Positions 7,318 to 15,801 of a DNA stretch of 47,697 nt are shown here, piece by piece (within the stretch, counting starts at the first letter, position 1; each line of letters begins with the position of its first letter). This DNA comes from Holophagales bacterium UBA2201. Lineage in GTDB: Bacteria; Acidobacteriota; Thermoanaerobaculia; UBA2201. Location: contig DCUZ01000103.1 of assembly GCA_002327305.1 (NCBI GenBank), positions 18,102 through 65,798 of the forward strand, written 5' to 3'. The notes beneath the pieces were generated by a model. That model saw nothing but the letters and a program-made list of their open reading frames with translations, had not been told where the DNA came from and did no database searches. A program made the translations under genes and the position numbers.

Positions 7318-8799
7318 TTACCCCCTGATCCCATTCAACACCCTGGCCATGCGGACGATCCCCTCCCCGATGGCCGCCTCGTCCAGATTGGAGATCGAAA
7401 CGCGGAACGCGGTTTCGGTGACCGGGCCGGGGAAATAGAACCGCCCCGGCGAAACGCGCACGCCGCCGTCCAGCAGGCGCGCCACCAGCGTCTCCTCGTC
7501 CACGGGCCTGCGGCCGGTCCATCGCACCCACAGAGTGTAGCCGCCGGCGGGGGTGGTCCACTCCACCCGGTCCTGGGGCAGGTGCGCCTTCATGGCCTGC
7601 AGAAGGGTCTCCATCCGGCGGCGGTAGGCGGTGTGGACGCGGCGGAGGTAATGCTCGTACTCCCCCCGCTCCAGCAGACGCGCCACGGCGGCCTGGGCCG
7701 GGATGTTTCCCGAGAGGCAGGAAAAGCGCAGGACGGCCAAAAGGCGTTGGATGGCCTCACGGTGGGCGGCGATCCAGCCGATCCTGAGCCCCGGGAAGAC
7801 CACCTTCGAGAGGGTGCCCAGGTATAGGACCGCTCCCGAGCCGTCGAGGGCTTTGATCGGCAGGATGGCCTTGCCGAAGTATTTCAGCTCCTCCTCGAAG
7901 CCGTCCTCCACCAATGGAACCCCCGCGCGTTCGCACAGGCCGAGAAGCCGCTCCCGCGCGGCCGGCGGCATCGTCAGGCCGGTGGGGTTGTGGAAGGTGG
8001 GGATGGTGTAGACCATGGCGGACTTTCCGCGCTTCAGCGTCTTCTCGAAGACGTCCAGGTCCATCCCCTCGGGGCCTAGGGGAACAGATCGCATCGTGAG
8101 CCCGTGGAACCGCATCAGGGGGACGGCGAGACCGTAAGTGGGCGTCTCCACGATGACGGGGTCGCCGGGGCTCCCCAACCAGCGGAGGATGAGGTCCAGA
8201 GCCTGCTGGGCCCCGCCCGTGATGAGGATCTCATCCGCATCGACACGGACGCCATGGGTCCTCATCCGTCTCGCCACGGCCTCGCGCAGGGGAAGATAAC
8301 CCTGCGGGTCGCCGTAGTCCAGGATCTCCCTGCCCTTCTCCCCTACCAATACCTTGAGCGCGCGCAGGAAATCCCGGGCGGGACAGAGGCCCCGGTCGGC
8401 CGAGAGGCCGGAGAAGTCCACGACGCCGCCCGCGGGCGCCGGGCGGTGCTTGCCGCGCAGGAGGGTGAAGTCCTCATACAGCCTCTTCGACCGTGGCGGA
8501 CCCTCCACCCATTTCGCCGGCTGAGCGGGAGCGGAGGGTGAAGTCCGGCCGGGCGGCAGGCGATGACGGATGGTGGTGTAACTGCCGGGACGGCTCTCCA
8601 CCACCCCGGAGGCCCACAGCTCCTGGTAGGCCCGCACGACGGTGGTGCGGTCCACGCCCAACTTCTGCGCCAGGAGCCGCGTGGAGGGAAGACGCTCACC
8701 GGATTTGAGCGTCCCGTCATCGGTCAGCTTCCGGATCCCCACTTCGATCTGGCGGTAGGCCGGGGTCTTCGATTTGGGGTCTATGCTCAACAGGATCAT
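7318..8799 (-). CDS. MocR/GabR family transcriptional regulator (GntR HTH plus PLP aminotransferase-like domain)
   Basis: GERLPSTRLLAQKLGVDRTTVVRAYQEL HTH; GAQQAL; PTFHNPTG; GTLSKVVFPGLRIGW PLP-lysine motif; AGGAGG RBS before ATG 8799. Confidence 0.93.
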   Translation of the reverse strand: MILLSIDPKSKTPAYRQIEVGIRKLTDDGTLKSGERLPSTRLLAQKLGVDRTTVVRAYQELWASGVVESRPGSYTTIRHRLPPGRTSPSAPAQPAKWVEGPPRSKRLYEDFTLLRGKHRPAPAGGVVDFSGLSADRGLCPARDFLRALKVLVGEKGREILDYGDPQGYLPLREAVARRMRTHGVRVDADEILITGGAQQALDLILRWLGSPGDPVIVETPTYGLAVPLMRFHGLTMRSVPLGPEGMDLDVFEKTLKRGKSAMVYTIPTFHNPTGLTMPPAARERLLGLCERAGVPLVEDGFEEELKYFGKAILPIKALDGSGAVLYLGTLSKVVFPGLRIGWIAAHREAIQRLLAVLRFSCLSGNIPAQAAVARLLERGEYEHYLRRVHTAYRRRMETLLQAMKAHLPQDRVEWTTPAGGYTLWVRWTGRRPVDEETLVARLLDGGVRVSPGRFYFPGPVTETAFRVSISNLDEAAIGEGIVRMARVLNGIRG

Positions 8800-8855
8800 G
8801 CGGGCCTCCTTGAATATTGGGTCCGGCCTCTGCCGCCCCTTCCCCTGCCGGATAG

Positions 8856-8883
8856 GTAAGGGCACAGCGTGCTGTGCCCCTAC
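8856..8883. repeat. REP-like palindrome, same family as 7280-7303
   Basis: GTAAGGGCACAGCGTGCTGTGCCCCTAC. Confidence 0.78.
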
Positions 8884-8921
8884 ACCCCCCTCCCAAGTTT
8901 CATTTCAAGGATAGGCCCGAT

Positions 8922-8972
8922 ATTGGATGGAGTCAACAGCCAATTATTTTATTTATCATTACAACCAATTAT
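8922..8972. promoter_or_regulatory. Putative MocR-type operator (direct repeat plus inverted half-site)
   Basis: ACAGCCAATTAT (8936-8947) and ACAACCAATTAT (8961-8972) 25 bp apart, inverted ATTGG at 8922-8926, in AT-rich DNA upstream of the MocR gene. Confidence 0.5.
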
Positions 8973-9083
8973 ATTTCTACGACCACACGGTACTGTTGGA
9001 GCCGTTTCTTTTCATCCTTCAGGCTTCCAGCTGCCGGCTTCTGGCTTCCTTTACGGCGGGCTCAGCGGGCGGGTATGCGCGCA

Positions 9084-9248
9084 TGGCTTATAGATCCCGC
9101 CGGTGTCTATCCTCTCTCCTCCACCCCACACTATCATTTCTGTTTCAGTCCAGACAGCGGTATGATTAATCCGCCCGGTCGGGTAATCTATCCCTTTCGA
9201 TGAGGATCTCTCCGTGGACGGCCTGCTGGAGGTTGCCAACCATTTATC
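9084..9248 (-). pseudogene. Remnant of a Kelch-like beta-propeller repeat protein (one blade)
   Basis: DKWLATS...PTGRINHTAVWTETEMIVWGG...DTGGIYKP resembles the recurring HTAVWTGxEMIVWGG...TGGxYxP repeat; no credible full-length gene. Confidence 0.6.
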
Positions 9249-9312
9249 CAAGGGAATGAAACCCGCGTAATCGCCCAATCCTTGCGCCCCCACCTTACAA
9301 CTTGAGAGACAA

Positions 9313-9335
9313 GCGCGGCATGCCGTGTCCCGAAC
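9313..9335. repeat. Degenerate REP-like palindrome
   Basis: Minus strand GTTCGGGACACGGCATGCCGCGC, related to the GGGCACAGCATGCTGTGCCC family. Confidence 0.5.
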
Positions 9336-9453
9336 AATATGCGGCATGCGGAATTATTCTCGTTGACCGCTGTTATCTTCGGGATGATGATAAGAAAGGG
9401 TAAAGCTGCGCTTGGTCGCCGATCGATTCCCAAATGAAGGCCGCTGGGCCGGC

Positions 9454-11331
9454 ATGGAGCCGCCCTCCGCGGGCGGTTCCCCCAAGCCGACGGCCGCCTG
9501 GTCGGTGGCGGTCGGCGACGCCGTCCTGGAAGCGCTGGCGGAGGGGGTGATCGTCGCCGATGAGCGCGGGACGATCCGGCATGCGAACGCCAGGGCGGAG
9601 GGGCTGTTCGGTTTTCGGGCCGGGGAGCTGAACGGCCGGGCGGTCGAAACCCTGTGGCCGACGGGGGACCCTATCGTTCTTCAGCATTCCCCCATCGGAG
9701 ACCCGCCCCCCGCGATGGACCTGCCGCGCCGGTTGTCGGGCCGCCGGCAGGACGGTTCCACCTTCCCGCTGGAGTTGCGGTGCTCCCGCGTGGGATCGCC
9801 GGACGGCCCCCGCACCCTTTTCCTGATCACCGACGTTTCGGAGCACGACGAGGCCCAGAGCGCCATGTGGACCCTCACCTCGCGCTACCAGGCCCAGTTC
9901 AAGGGGTTCCCCCTCCCCAGCACCGTGTGGCAGCACCGCGACGGGGAGTTCATCCTCATCGATTTCAACGACGCCGCCGAGGCCCTCTCGGACGGCGAGA
10001 TCCGACGGCTGCTGGGATCCCGGCTGCGGGAGGTGCTTCCCCCGCCGTCGGAGATCGCCGACGCCATCGTCCGGTGCCATGGCCGGCGGACGACCCTCTC
10101 GCAGGAGGTGTCGTTCCGGCTGCGAAAGGATGCCGCCCCGAAAGAGCTGTTCGTCACCTGCACCTTCATCGCCCCCGACATCGTCCTGTCGCACATCGAG
10201 GACATCACCCGGCGGCGCCATCACGAGAGGGAGGTCCTCAAGCTCTCCAGCGCGGTGGAGCAGACGGCCGACAGCGTCATGATCACGGATTTCCAAGGCG
10301 TCATCGAATATGTCAACCCCGCCTTCGAAGCGACCACGGGATTCTCACGCCTGGAGGCCCTGGGCCGCACGCCCCGCCTGCTCAAGTCCGGCGTCCACCC
10401 GCCGGCGTTCTACGACGAGGTGTGGAGCACCCTGCGCGAGGGCCTGACATTCAGGGGGACCCTCATCAACCGGAAAAAGGACGGGGAGATCTACTTGTGC
10501 GGTCAGACCATCACCCCCATGAAGGACCCGAGCGGCCGGATCACCCACTTCGTCTCCGTCATCAAGGACCTCACGGAGACCCGGAAGCGCCAGGAACAGG
10601 AGTTTCAGATGGGGGTGGCGAGGGAGATCCAGGAGCGGCTCTGCCGTCCGGCTGACCCCGGGCCCGGACTGGACCTGGCCGGCGCCACCTTTCCCGCGGT
10701 GGCCGTCAACGGCGACTTCTACGACGTGGTGCGGTTCGCGGACGCCAGCGTCGGGATCGTGATCGCGGACGTGTGCGGCCACGGGCTGGGGGCGGCCCTG
10801 GTGATGACACAGACCCGCGCGCTCCTTCGGGCCTTCTCCGAAACCGAATCGGATCCCGCCGCCCTGCTGTTCCGGCTCAACCGGACCCTGGCCGCCGACC
10901 TCGACGACAAACATTACGTCACCCTCCTCCTGATCCGGATCGACGCCGCGCGCCGCCGGCTCGACTACGCCAACGCGGGCCACCCTGCGGCCTATCTCCT
11001 CCATGCCGGCGCGGCGCCCCCGACGCGACTGGACAGCACCTCCATCCCCCTGGGCATCCTTGGGGAACTCCCCTCGGAGTCCCGCCCCCCCCTGCCGCTG
11101 GAACCCGGCGACGCCCTGCTCCTCCTCACGGACGGGGTGCTGGAGGCGTCCGGTGCGGACGGGGAGGAATTCGGTGCGGAGAGGGCCCTGGCGGTGGTGG
11201 ACCGCCTGCGCGGCGAGCCGGCGGCCGCGATCGTGGACTCCCTCTGCACGGAGGCCCGCGCATTCGGCCACCCCCATCCGCAGACGGACGACATCACCGC
11301 CCTCGTTTGCAAGGTTTCCTCCTTCGCTTAA
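9454..11331 (+). CDS. Multi-PAS SpoIIE/PP2C-type phosphatase (RsbU-like)
   Basis: Three PAS-like segments; NGDFYD, IADVCGHG, YANAGHP, LLTDGVLE and TDDIT PP2C motifs; start (9412 or 9454) uncertain. Confidence 0.9.
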   Translation: MEPPSAGGSPKPTAAWSVAVGDAVLEALAEGVIVADERGTIRHANARAEGLFGFRAGELNGRAVETLWPTGDPIVLQHSPIGDPPPAMDLPRRLSGRRQDGSTFPLELRCSRVGSPDGPRTLFLITDVSEHDEAQSAMWTLTSRYQAQFKGFPLPSTVWQHRDGEFILIDFNDAAEALSDGEIRRLLGSRLREVLPPPSEIADAIVRCHGRRTTLSQEVSFRLRKDAAPKELFVTCTFIAPDIVLSHIEDITRRRHHEREVLKLSSAVEQTADSVMITDFQGVIEYVNPAFEATTGFSRLEALGRTPRLLKSGVHPPAFYDEVWSTLREGLTFRGTLINRKKDGEIYLCGQTITPMKDPSGRITHFVSVIKDLTETRKRQEQEFQMGVAREIQERLCRPADPGPGLDLAGATFPAVAVNGDFYDVVRFADASVGIVIADVCGHGLGAALVMTQTRALLRAFSETESDPAALLFRLNRTLAADLDDKHYVTLLLIRIDAARRRLDYANAGHPAAYLLHAGAAPPTRLDSTSIPLGILGELPSESRPPLPLEPGDALLLLTDGVLEASGADGEEFGAERALAVVDRLRGEPAAAIVDSLCTEARAFGHPHPQTDDITALVCKVSSFA

Positions 11332-11362
11332 GATCGACTCATTCCCCGATGTCTGCGTGCCT

Positions 11363-11456
11363 TTCGGCATCGGAATCGCAATCGCTATCGTCCGTTCGCG
11401 ATCGACGGCGAATCCCGAAACCGACTCCCGATTCCGATACCGATTCCGATACGGAC
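11363..11456. repeat. Inverted hexamer arrays (ATCGNN ... CCGATW)
   Basis: ttcggc atcgga atcgca atcgct atcgtc (11363-11392), then ccgaaa ccgact c ccgatt ccgata ccgatt ccgata (11415-11451). Confidence 0.8.
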
Positions 11457-11528
11457 AATGGCGAAGCATGGACAACCACCGATCAATCTGGTATCCTATG
11501 GCCGCATCAACCGTTCTTTACAACCCGC

Positions 11529-11711
11529 CATCCGCTCGGTACTCGGGAACCCGGTGCGTCCCTGCAGAGAATGACTCCGCGGAGACCAAGCCGGGGCGGC
11601 CCCCGCCACTGTAAATGGGGACGAACGGGAGCAAAACCACTGGCCTGACCCACGGGCCGGGAAGGGCTCCCGGGAGGACGATCCATGAGCCAGGAGACCG
11701 GCCGAGGGATG
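11529..11711 (+). ncRNA. Cobalamin riboswitch
   Basis: GGGAA-CCCGGTG...AAGCCGG, CCCCGCCACTGTAA (GCCACTG at 11605), CCACTGG...CCGGGAAGG, B12 box GAGCCAGGAGACCGGCC; outer stem CATCCGCTCGG/CCGAGGGATG; directly upstream of a TonB-dependent receptor. Confidence 0.92.
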
Positions 11712-11763
11712 AACGAAGCAATCTTCTCCGGGGTGAGGGAAGAGCGGCGCCGCGCGCCCCCGC

Positions 11764-11792
11764 CCCCGAAGGTCCTTCGGGGATTTTTATTT
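11764..11792 (+). terminator. Intrinsic terminator, likely the riboswitch expression platform
   Basis: CCCCGAAG-GTC-CTTCGGGG followed by ATTTTTATTT, just before the GGAGG RBS of the receptor. Confidence 0.75.
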
Positions 11793-11804
11793 CATGGAGG
11801 TTTT

Positions 11805-13547
11805 ATGAAGCTGGCATGGTGTTTCATCCTGTGCGCGGGGGCGCTGCAGGCGCAGTTCGGAGAGTTCGTCCTGGTCACGGCCGGGGCCGCCCCGGCCGCC
11901 TCTGAGGTGGCCCCGCTCCTGGGGAGCGTCCTCACCCGTCTGGACTTGGAGGAGCGGAAGATCACGGGCGTGGACGAGGCGGTGCGGCAGACCCTCTCCG
12001 CCATCGTCCTGCGCAGCGGAACGCCGGGGAAGGCGGCCTCGCTCTTCCTTCGGGGCGCCGAGTCCGACCACGCCCTCCTCCTCGTCGACGGCGTCCCCGT
12101 CTACAACTCCTATTTCGGGGGGGGCAACTTCGGCGACCTCCTCACGGAGGGGCTGGACAGGATCGAGGTGGTGCGCGGCCCCTACAGCGCCCTTTACGGG
12201 AGCGAGGCGGTGGGGGGGGTGGTCGCTCTGTTCACCGGCGCGGCCGGCGGGCCCGGCGGGAGGCTGGACCTGGCGGCCGGCGGCGAGGGCCTGGCGCACG
12301 GCGACCTGCAGTGGCGCGGGGGGGATCTCTCCCTCTCCGCGGCCCGGCACGTGGAATCGGGACGCCTGGACAACGACGACTGGGAACAGACCCAGGTGCA
12401 GGCCTCGTGGGACGGCGGCCCGTGGGGGATCTCCCTCTTCGCGCGCGACGGCGAGCAGGGCATCCCCTTCGACGGCGCCCTGGTCACGCCCCAGCGCCGC
12501 ACCTCCAGCCGGGAGGCCACCCTCTCCATCCCCGTCGAAACGGCCCTGGGCCCGGGATGGTCGCTCAAGGCGGTGGCGGCCTACACGGCCGGCCGGTTCC
12601 ACTTCGAGGACCCCGGCGACTCCTGGGGTTACACCGAGAGCGACACCGACACCGGCCGCGCCTTCGCCCGCGCGGTCGCCCAGAAGACCGCGGCGGGCTG
12701 GACCTTCTCCGCCGGGGCCGAGGGGCGGCACGAAACGGTGGATGACTCCAGCGTGTTCGGGACCAACCTGGACGGCGAAACGGTCTCCGGCGGGGCGGCC
12801 TTCGCGGAGGCGGTGGGGACGGTGGGTCCCGCGGGGGTCCGGGCCGGGGTGCGATGGGACACCCATTCGGCTTTCGGGAGCACCATCAATCCCAAGCTGG
12901 GGATCACCTTCCCCGCGGGGCCCCTGCGCCTCCATCTCCAGGCTGGAACGGCGTTCAGGGCCCCCTCCGTGGGCGAGCTCACCTTCCCCCATTCCGGCAA
13001 TCCGGACCTGCAGCCGGAACGCTCCCGCAGCGCCGAGGCCGGGCTGACGGCGGGACCGCTGGTGCTGACCGTCTTCCGGAACGACTTCGACGACCTCATC
13101 GAGTTCGATTACGCCACCTATCGATTCCAGAACGCCGGCGAGGCCCGCGTCACCGGCGCCGAGGGGCGCCTTGCGAAGCAGTGGGGACGGACGGCTGTGG
13201 ACCTCAATCTCACCTGGCTCGATACCGAGAGCCGCGCCACGGGCGATCCCCTTCTCCGCCGGCCGGAGTGGTCGGGGAGCTGGTCGCTCACCCTCCCCCT
13301 CAAGTCCTTCCTCTTTTCCACCCAGGGGATCTATGTGGGACAGCGCTGGGATGTGGATCCCATCACTTTCGACCGGAGCGAAAACGCCCCCTTCTACCGG
13401 CAGGACCTCACGGTGGCGCTGGAGAAGGCGGCGTGGCTCTCCCCGTGGGTCAAGGCGGAGAACCTCTTCAACTCCTCCTATGAGGAGGTGCTGGGCTACC
13501 CGGCCCTGGGACGCCGCCTCTCGGCGGGGATCACCGTGCGCTGGTAG
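11805..13547 (+). CDS. btuB: TonB-dependent receptor, probable vitamin B12 transporter
   Basis: Signal peptide; plug motifs LRGAESDHALLLVDGVPV and RIEVVRGPYSALYGSEAVGGVV; GNPDLQPERS; ENLFN; C-terminal W; preceded by a cobalamin riboswitch. Confidence 0.85.
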   Translation: MKLAWCFILCAGALQAQFGEFVLVTAGAAPAASEVAPLLGSVLTRLDLEERKITGVDEAVRQTLSAIVLRSGTPGKAASLFLRGAESDHALLLVDGVPVYNSYFGGGNFGDLLTEGLDRIEVVRGPYSALYGSEAVGGVVALFTGAAGGPGGRLDLAAGGEGLAHGDLQWRGGDLSLSAARHVESGRLDNDDWEQTQVQASWDGGPWGISLFARDGEQGIPFDGALVTPQRRTSSREATLSIPVETALGPGWSLKAVAAYTAGRFHFEDPGDSWGYTESDTDTGRAFARAVAQKTAAGWTFSAGAEGRHETVDDSSVFGTNLDGETVSGGAAFAEAVGTVGPAGVRAGVRWDTHSAFGSTINPKLGITFPAGPLRLHLQAGTAFRAPSVGELTFPHSGNPDLQPERSRSAEAGLTAGPLVLTVFRNDFDDLIEFDYATYRFQNAGEARVTGAEGRLAKQWGRTAVDLNLTWLDTESRATGDPLLRRPEWSGSWSLTLPLKSFLFSTQGIYVGQRWDVDPITFDRSENAPFYRQDLTVALEKAAWLSPWVKAENLFNSSYEEVLGYPALGRRLSAGITVRW

Positions 13548-13558
13548 GCGCGCTTCCC

Positions 13559-15739
13559 TCAGCGCGGCTTCAGATACTTGATGTAGGTGCGGAAGAGCAG
13601 GTCCTTGTTCGCGTCCTTGTAGCGCTGGATGAGACGGAGGTTTTTTTTCGCCATTTCGTCGTTGTCGTCGAGGCGAAGAATGGCCTGGAAATCGGGCTCG
13701 GCCTGACTCAGGTTCTCCTCCCGCAGGGCCCCGATGCCCCGGTTGTAGTGGGCCTTGATCAGGATCTCCCGCGCCTGGAGGACCCGGTCCCTCTCATAGA
13801 CGGGCTGGAGCGCGGCGATGGCCTGGTCGAGGTTGCCCATGTCGAAGGCGCTCCGCCCGGCGGCGATGGCCTCGAGCGTGCGGTTGAGGTCGTCCAAAAA
13901 CGCCTTGTCCTCGAGCGCCAGGGGGCGGATCCCCGAGACCTTGGTGTAATACTCCTGCGCACGGGCGTAATCCTTGGCCTGATAGGCGCGGTAGGCGATC
14001 TCCCGCCATTCGGCGGCCACCTGGTCGGCGGGCCGTCCGTCGATCGAATCCACCGGCTTCTTGCGCGGCCCCGCCTTGTAGGCGGTTTCCAATTTCAACG
14101 CCTCCCCGTAGAGGGGGTCCTCGGGGGGGACCCGGGCCAGTTCGGCAAGCGCCTCGGGGATCTTGCCCTCCGCGAAGAAGGCCTTGGCCTTGGCGATGGC
14201 CTCCGCGGCTTTCACCGGCGGTTTCCCCATGCCGGAACCGCTCCCCAGGAACAGCCACCCGGCGGCCAGGAGGGCCAGCACCCCCAGCACGGCGGCGACG
14301 GGGATCCAGAGTTTCCGCTTCGGTTTTTCCTCCTCCCGGATCACGGCGACCTGGGGGATGCGGGGCAGGACTTCCTCCATGTCGGGCGGGGGGGCCTCCG
14401 AAACGACGGGGGCGGGCTTGGCCTTGCCCTCCTCCTCGTCCAACTGGCGGAGGTAGTTGCGGGCCGCCATGTGGTGCGGTTCCATCCCCAGCACCTCGTC
14501 GAACTTCTGGCGCGCCTCGTCCTTTTTCCCCTGGTTGTAGAGCGCCACCGCCAGGTTGAACATCTCCTCGGTCTTGCGGTCCTGCTCCGCCAGAAGGCGC
14601 TTGGCCTCCTCGATCTTTTGGGAGGCGGCCTCGTTGCGGATGTCGATCAGGAAGATGCGGCTCCAGATGTCGATGGCCTCCTGGAACTCGTTCTGCATCA
14701 TGGCCCGGTCGCCGTCGGCCAGGAGGGTGCGGATCTTCTCGTCCTGGGGACTGCCCCCCCCCGCGTAGGGTTCCGGTCCTCCGCCCAGCTCAAGTTCCGG
14801 CAGGGGGGCGGGGGCGGGAGCCTGCGGCATCAGGTCGGGCCCCGGGGCCGGGGGCGGCTCGGCGAAGGCGAAGGGACTTTCCTCCGGAGTTTCGGTCGGG
14901 AAGGGGGCGGCCGGGGGCGCCTCCGACGGCGCGGGCTCGAATGGGAAAGCCGGGGGGGCCGGTGGAGGCGGCTCCTCCGCGGCCGGCCCCACGGCCGTCT
15001 CCACCACCGGATGGACCGGGGGAAGGTCGGAGGGGAGGTCGAACTCTCCCGGAAGGGCCGACTCCGGCCCCACGGCCGTCTCCAGCACCGGGTGGACCGG
15101 GGGGAGATCGGGGGGGAGTTCGAACTCCATCGGCCCGTCGGGGGACTGCGCGGCAGGTTCGACGGCCGGCTGGACCGCGGCGGAGGTGAGCAATTCCGCC
15201 TGGAGCGCCACCAGCTCCGGGTTTCCCTCGTCCAGGGCCAGCCCCTTCAGGATCTGGCGGCGCGCCTCCTCCGGGTCCCCCTTGGCGAGCAGATCGCGGG
15301 CCTTGGCGATGAATTGGTTGACGAAGGGCATCGCCTCCAGCTTTTCCTGGGCCCGGGACAGGATGTCGCGCGCCTCCCCGTTCGAGGGATCCACGGCCAT
15401 CACCTGCGAGAGGGTCTCGATGGCGCGCTGGAACTCCCGTCCGTTGAACAGTTCGATGGCCTGGATGAGGCAATCCTCCACATTGACCGAGGGCTTGGCC
15501 TGATACCGGGCGATGAGGGGGGTGAGGTCGACCGCGGCCATGGGGTCCTTCGACTTTTCGAGGAGCAGGCGGGCGGGTTCGAATTGCGGGTCCATCTTCA
15601 GTATGAAGTCGCACCCCACGACGGCGTCCTCCAGCTTGCCCTCGAGGTAGAGCGAGAGGGCCTGCCGGAAGGTGTTTTCAACGCGGTATCTGGTCTCCTC
15701 GGGAAGATGGTCGTTGCCCGGATACGCTTGGTCGCTCAT
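13559..15739 (-). CDS. Membrane-anchored TPR-repeat protein with Pro/Glu-rich linker
   Basis: TPR-like helical repeats on both sides of one TM (LWIPVAAVLGVLALLAAGWLFL, preceded by KPKRK); start set at ATG 15739. Confidence 0.82.
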   Translation of the reverse strand: MSDQAYPGNDHLPEETRYRVENTFRQALSLYLEGKLEDAVVGCDFILKMDPQFEPARLLLEKSKDPMAAVDLTPLIARYQAKPSVNVEDCLIQAIELFNGREFQRAIETLSQVMAVDPSNGEARDILSRAQEKLEAMPFVNQFIAKARDLLAKGDPEEARRQILKGLALDEGNPELVALQAELLTSAAVQPAVEPAAQSPDGPMEFELPPDLPPVHPVLETAVGPESALPGEFDLPSDLPPVHPVVETAVGPAAEEPPPPAPPAFPFEPAPSEAPPAAPFPTETPEESPFAFAEPPPAPGPDLMPQAPAPAPLPELELGGGPEPYAGGGSPQDEKIRTLLADGDRAMMQNEFQEAIDIWSRIFLIDIRNEAASQKIEEAKRLLAEQDRKTEEMFNLAVALYNQGKKDEARQKFDEVLGMEPHHMAARNYLRQLDEEEGKAKPAPVVSEAPPPDMEEVLPRIPQVAVIREEEKPKRKLWIPVAAVLGVLALLAAGWLFLGSGSGMGKPPVKAAEAIAKAKAFFAEGKIPEALAELARVPPEDPLYGEALKLETAYKAGPRKKPVDSIDGRPADQVAAEWREIAYRAYQAKDYARAQEYYTKVSGIRPLALEDKAFLDDLNRTLEAIAAGRSAFDMGNLDQAIAALQPVYERDRVLQAREILIKAHYNRGIGALREENLSQAEPDFQAILRLDDNDEMAKKNLRLIQRYKDANKDLLFRTYIKYLKPR
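14985..15127 (-). repeat. 81-bp intragenic tandem duplication in the TPR protein linker
   Basis: EFELPPDLPPVHPVLETAVGP / EFDLPSDLPPVHPVVETAVGP, 27-aa period. Confidence 0.85.
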
Positions 15740-15801
15740 GGAGGAAATCATACCAGAATGGCACCCATAACGCAATCTTCGCGGTGTGGTAAAATTCATC
15801 C

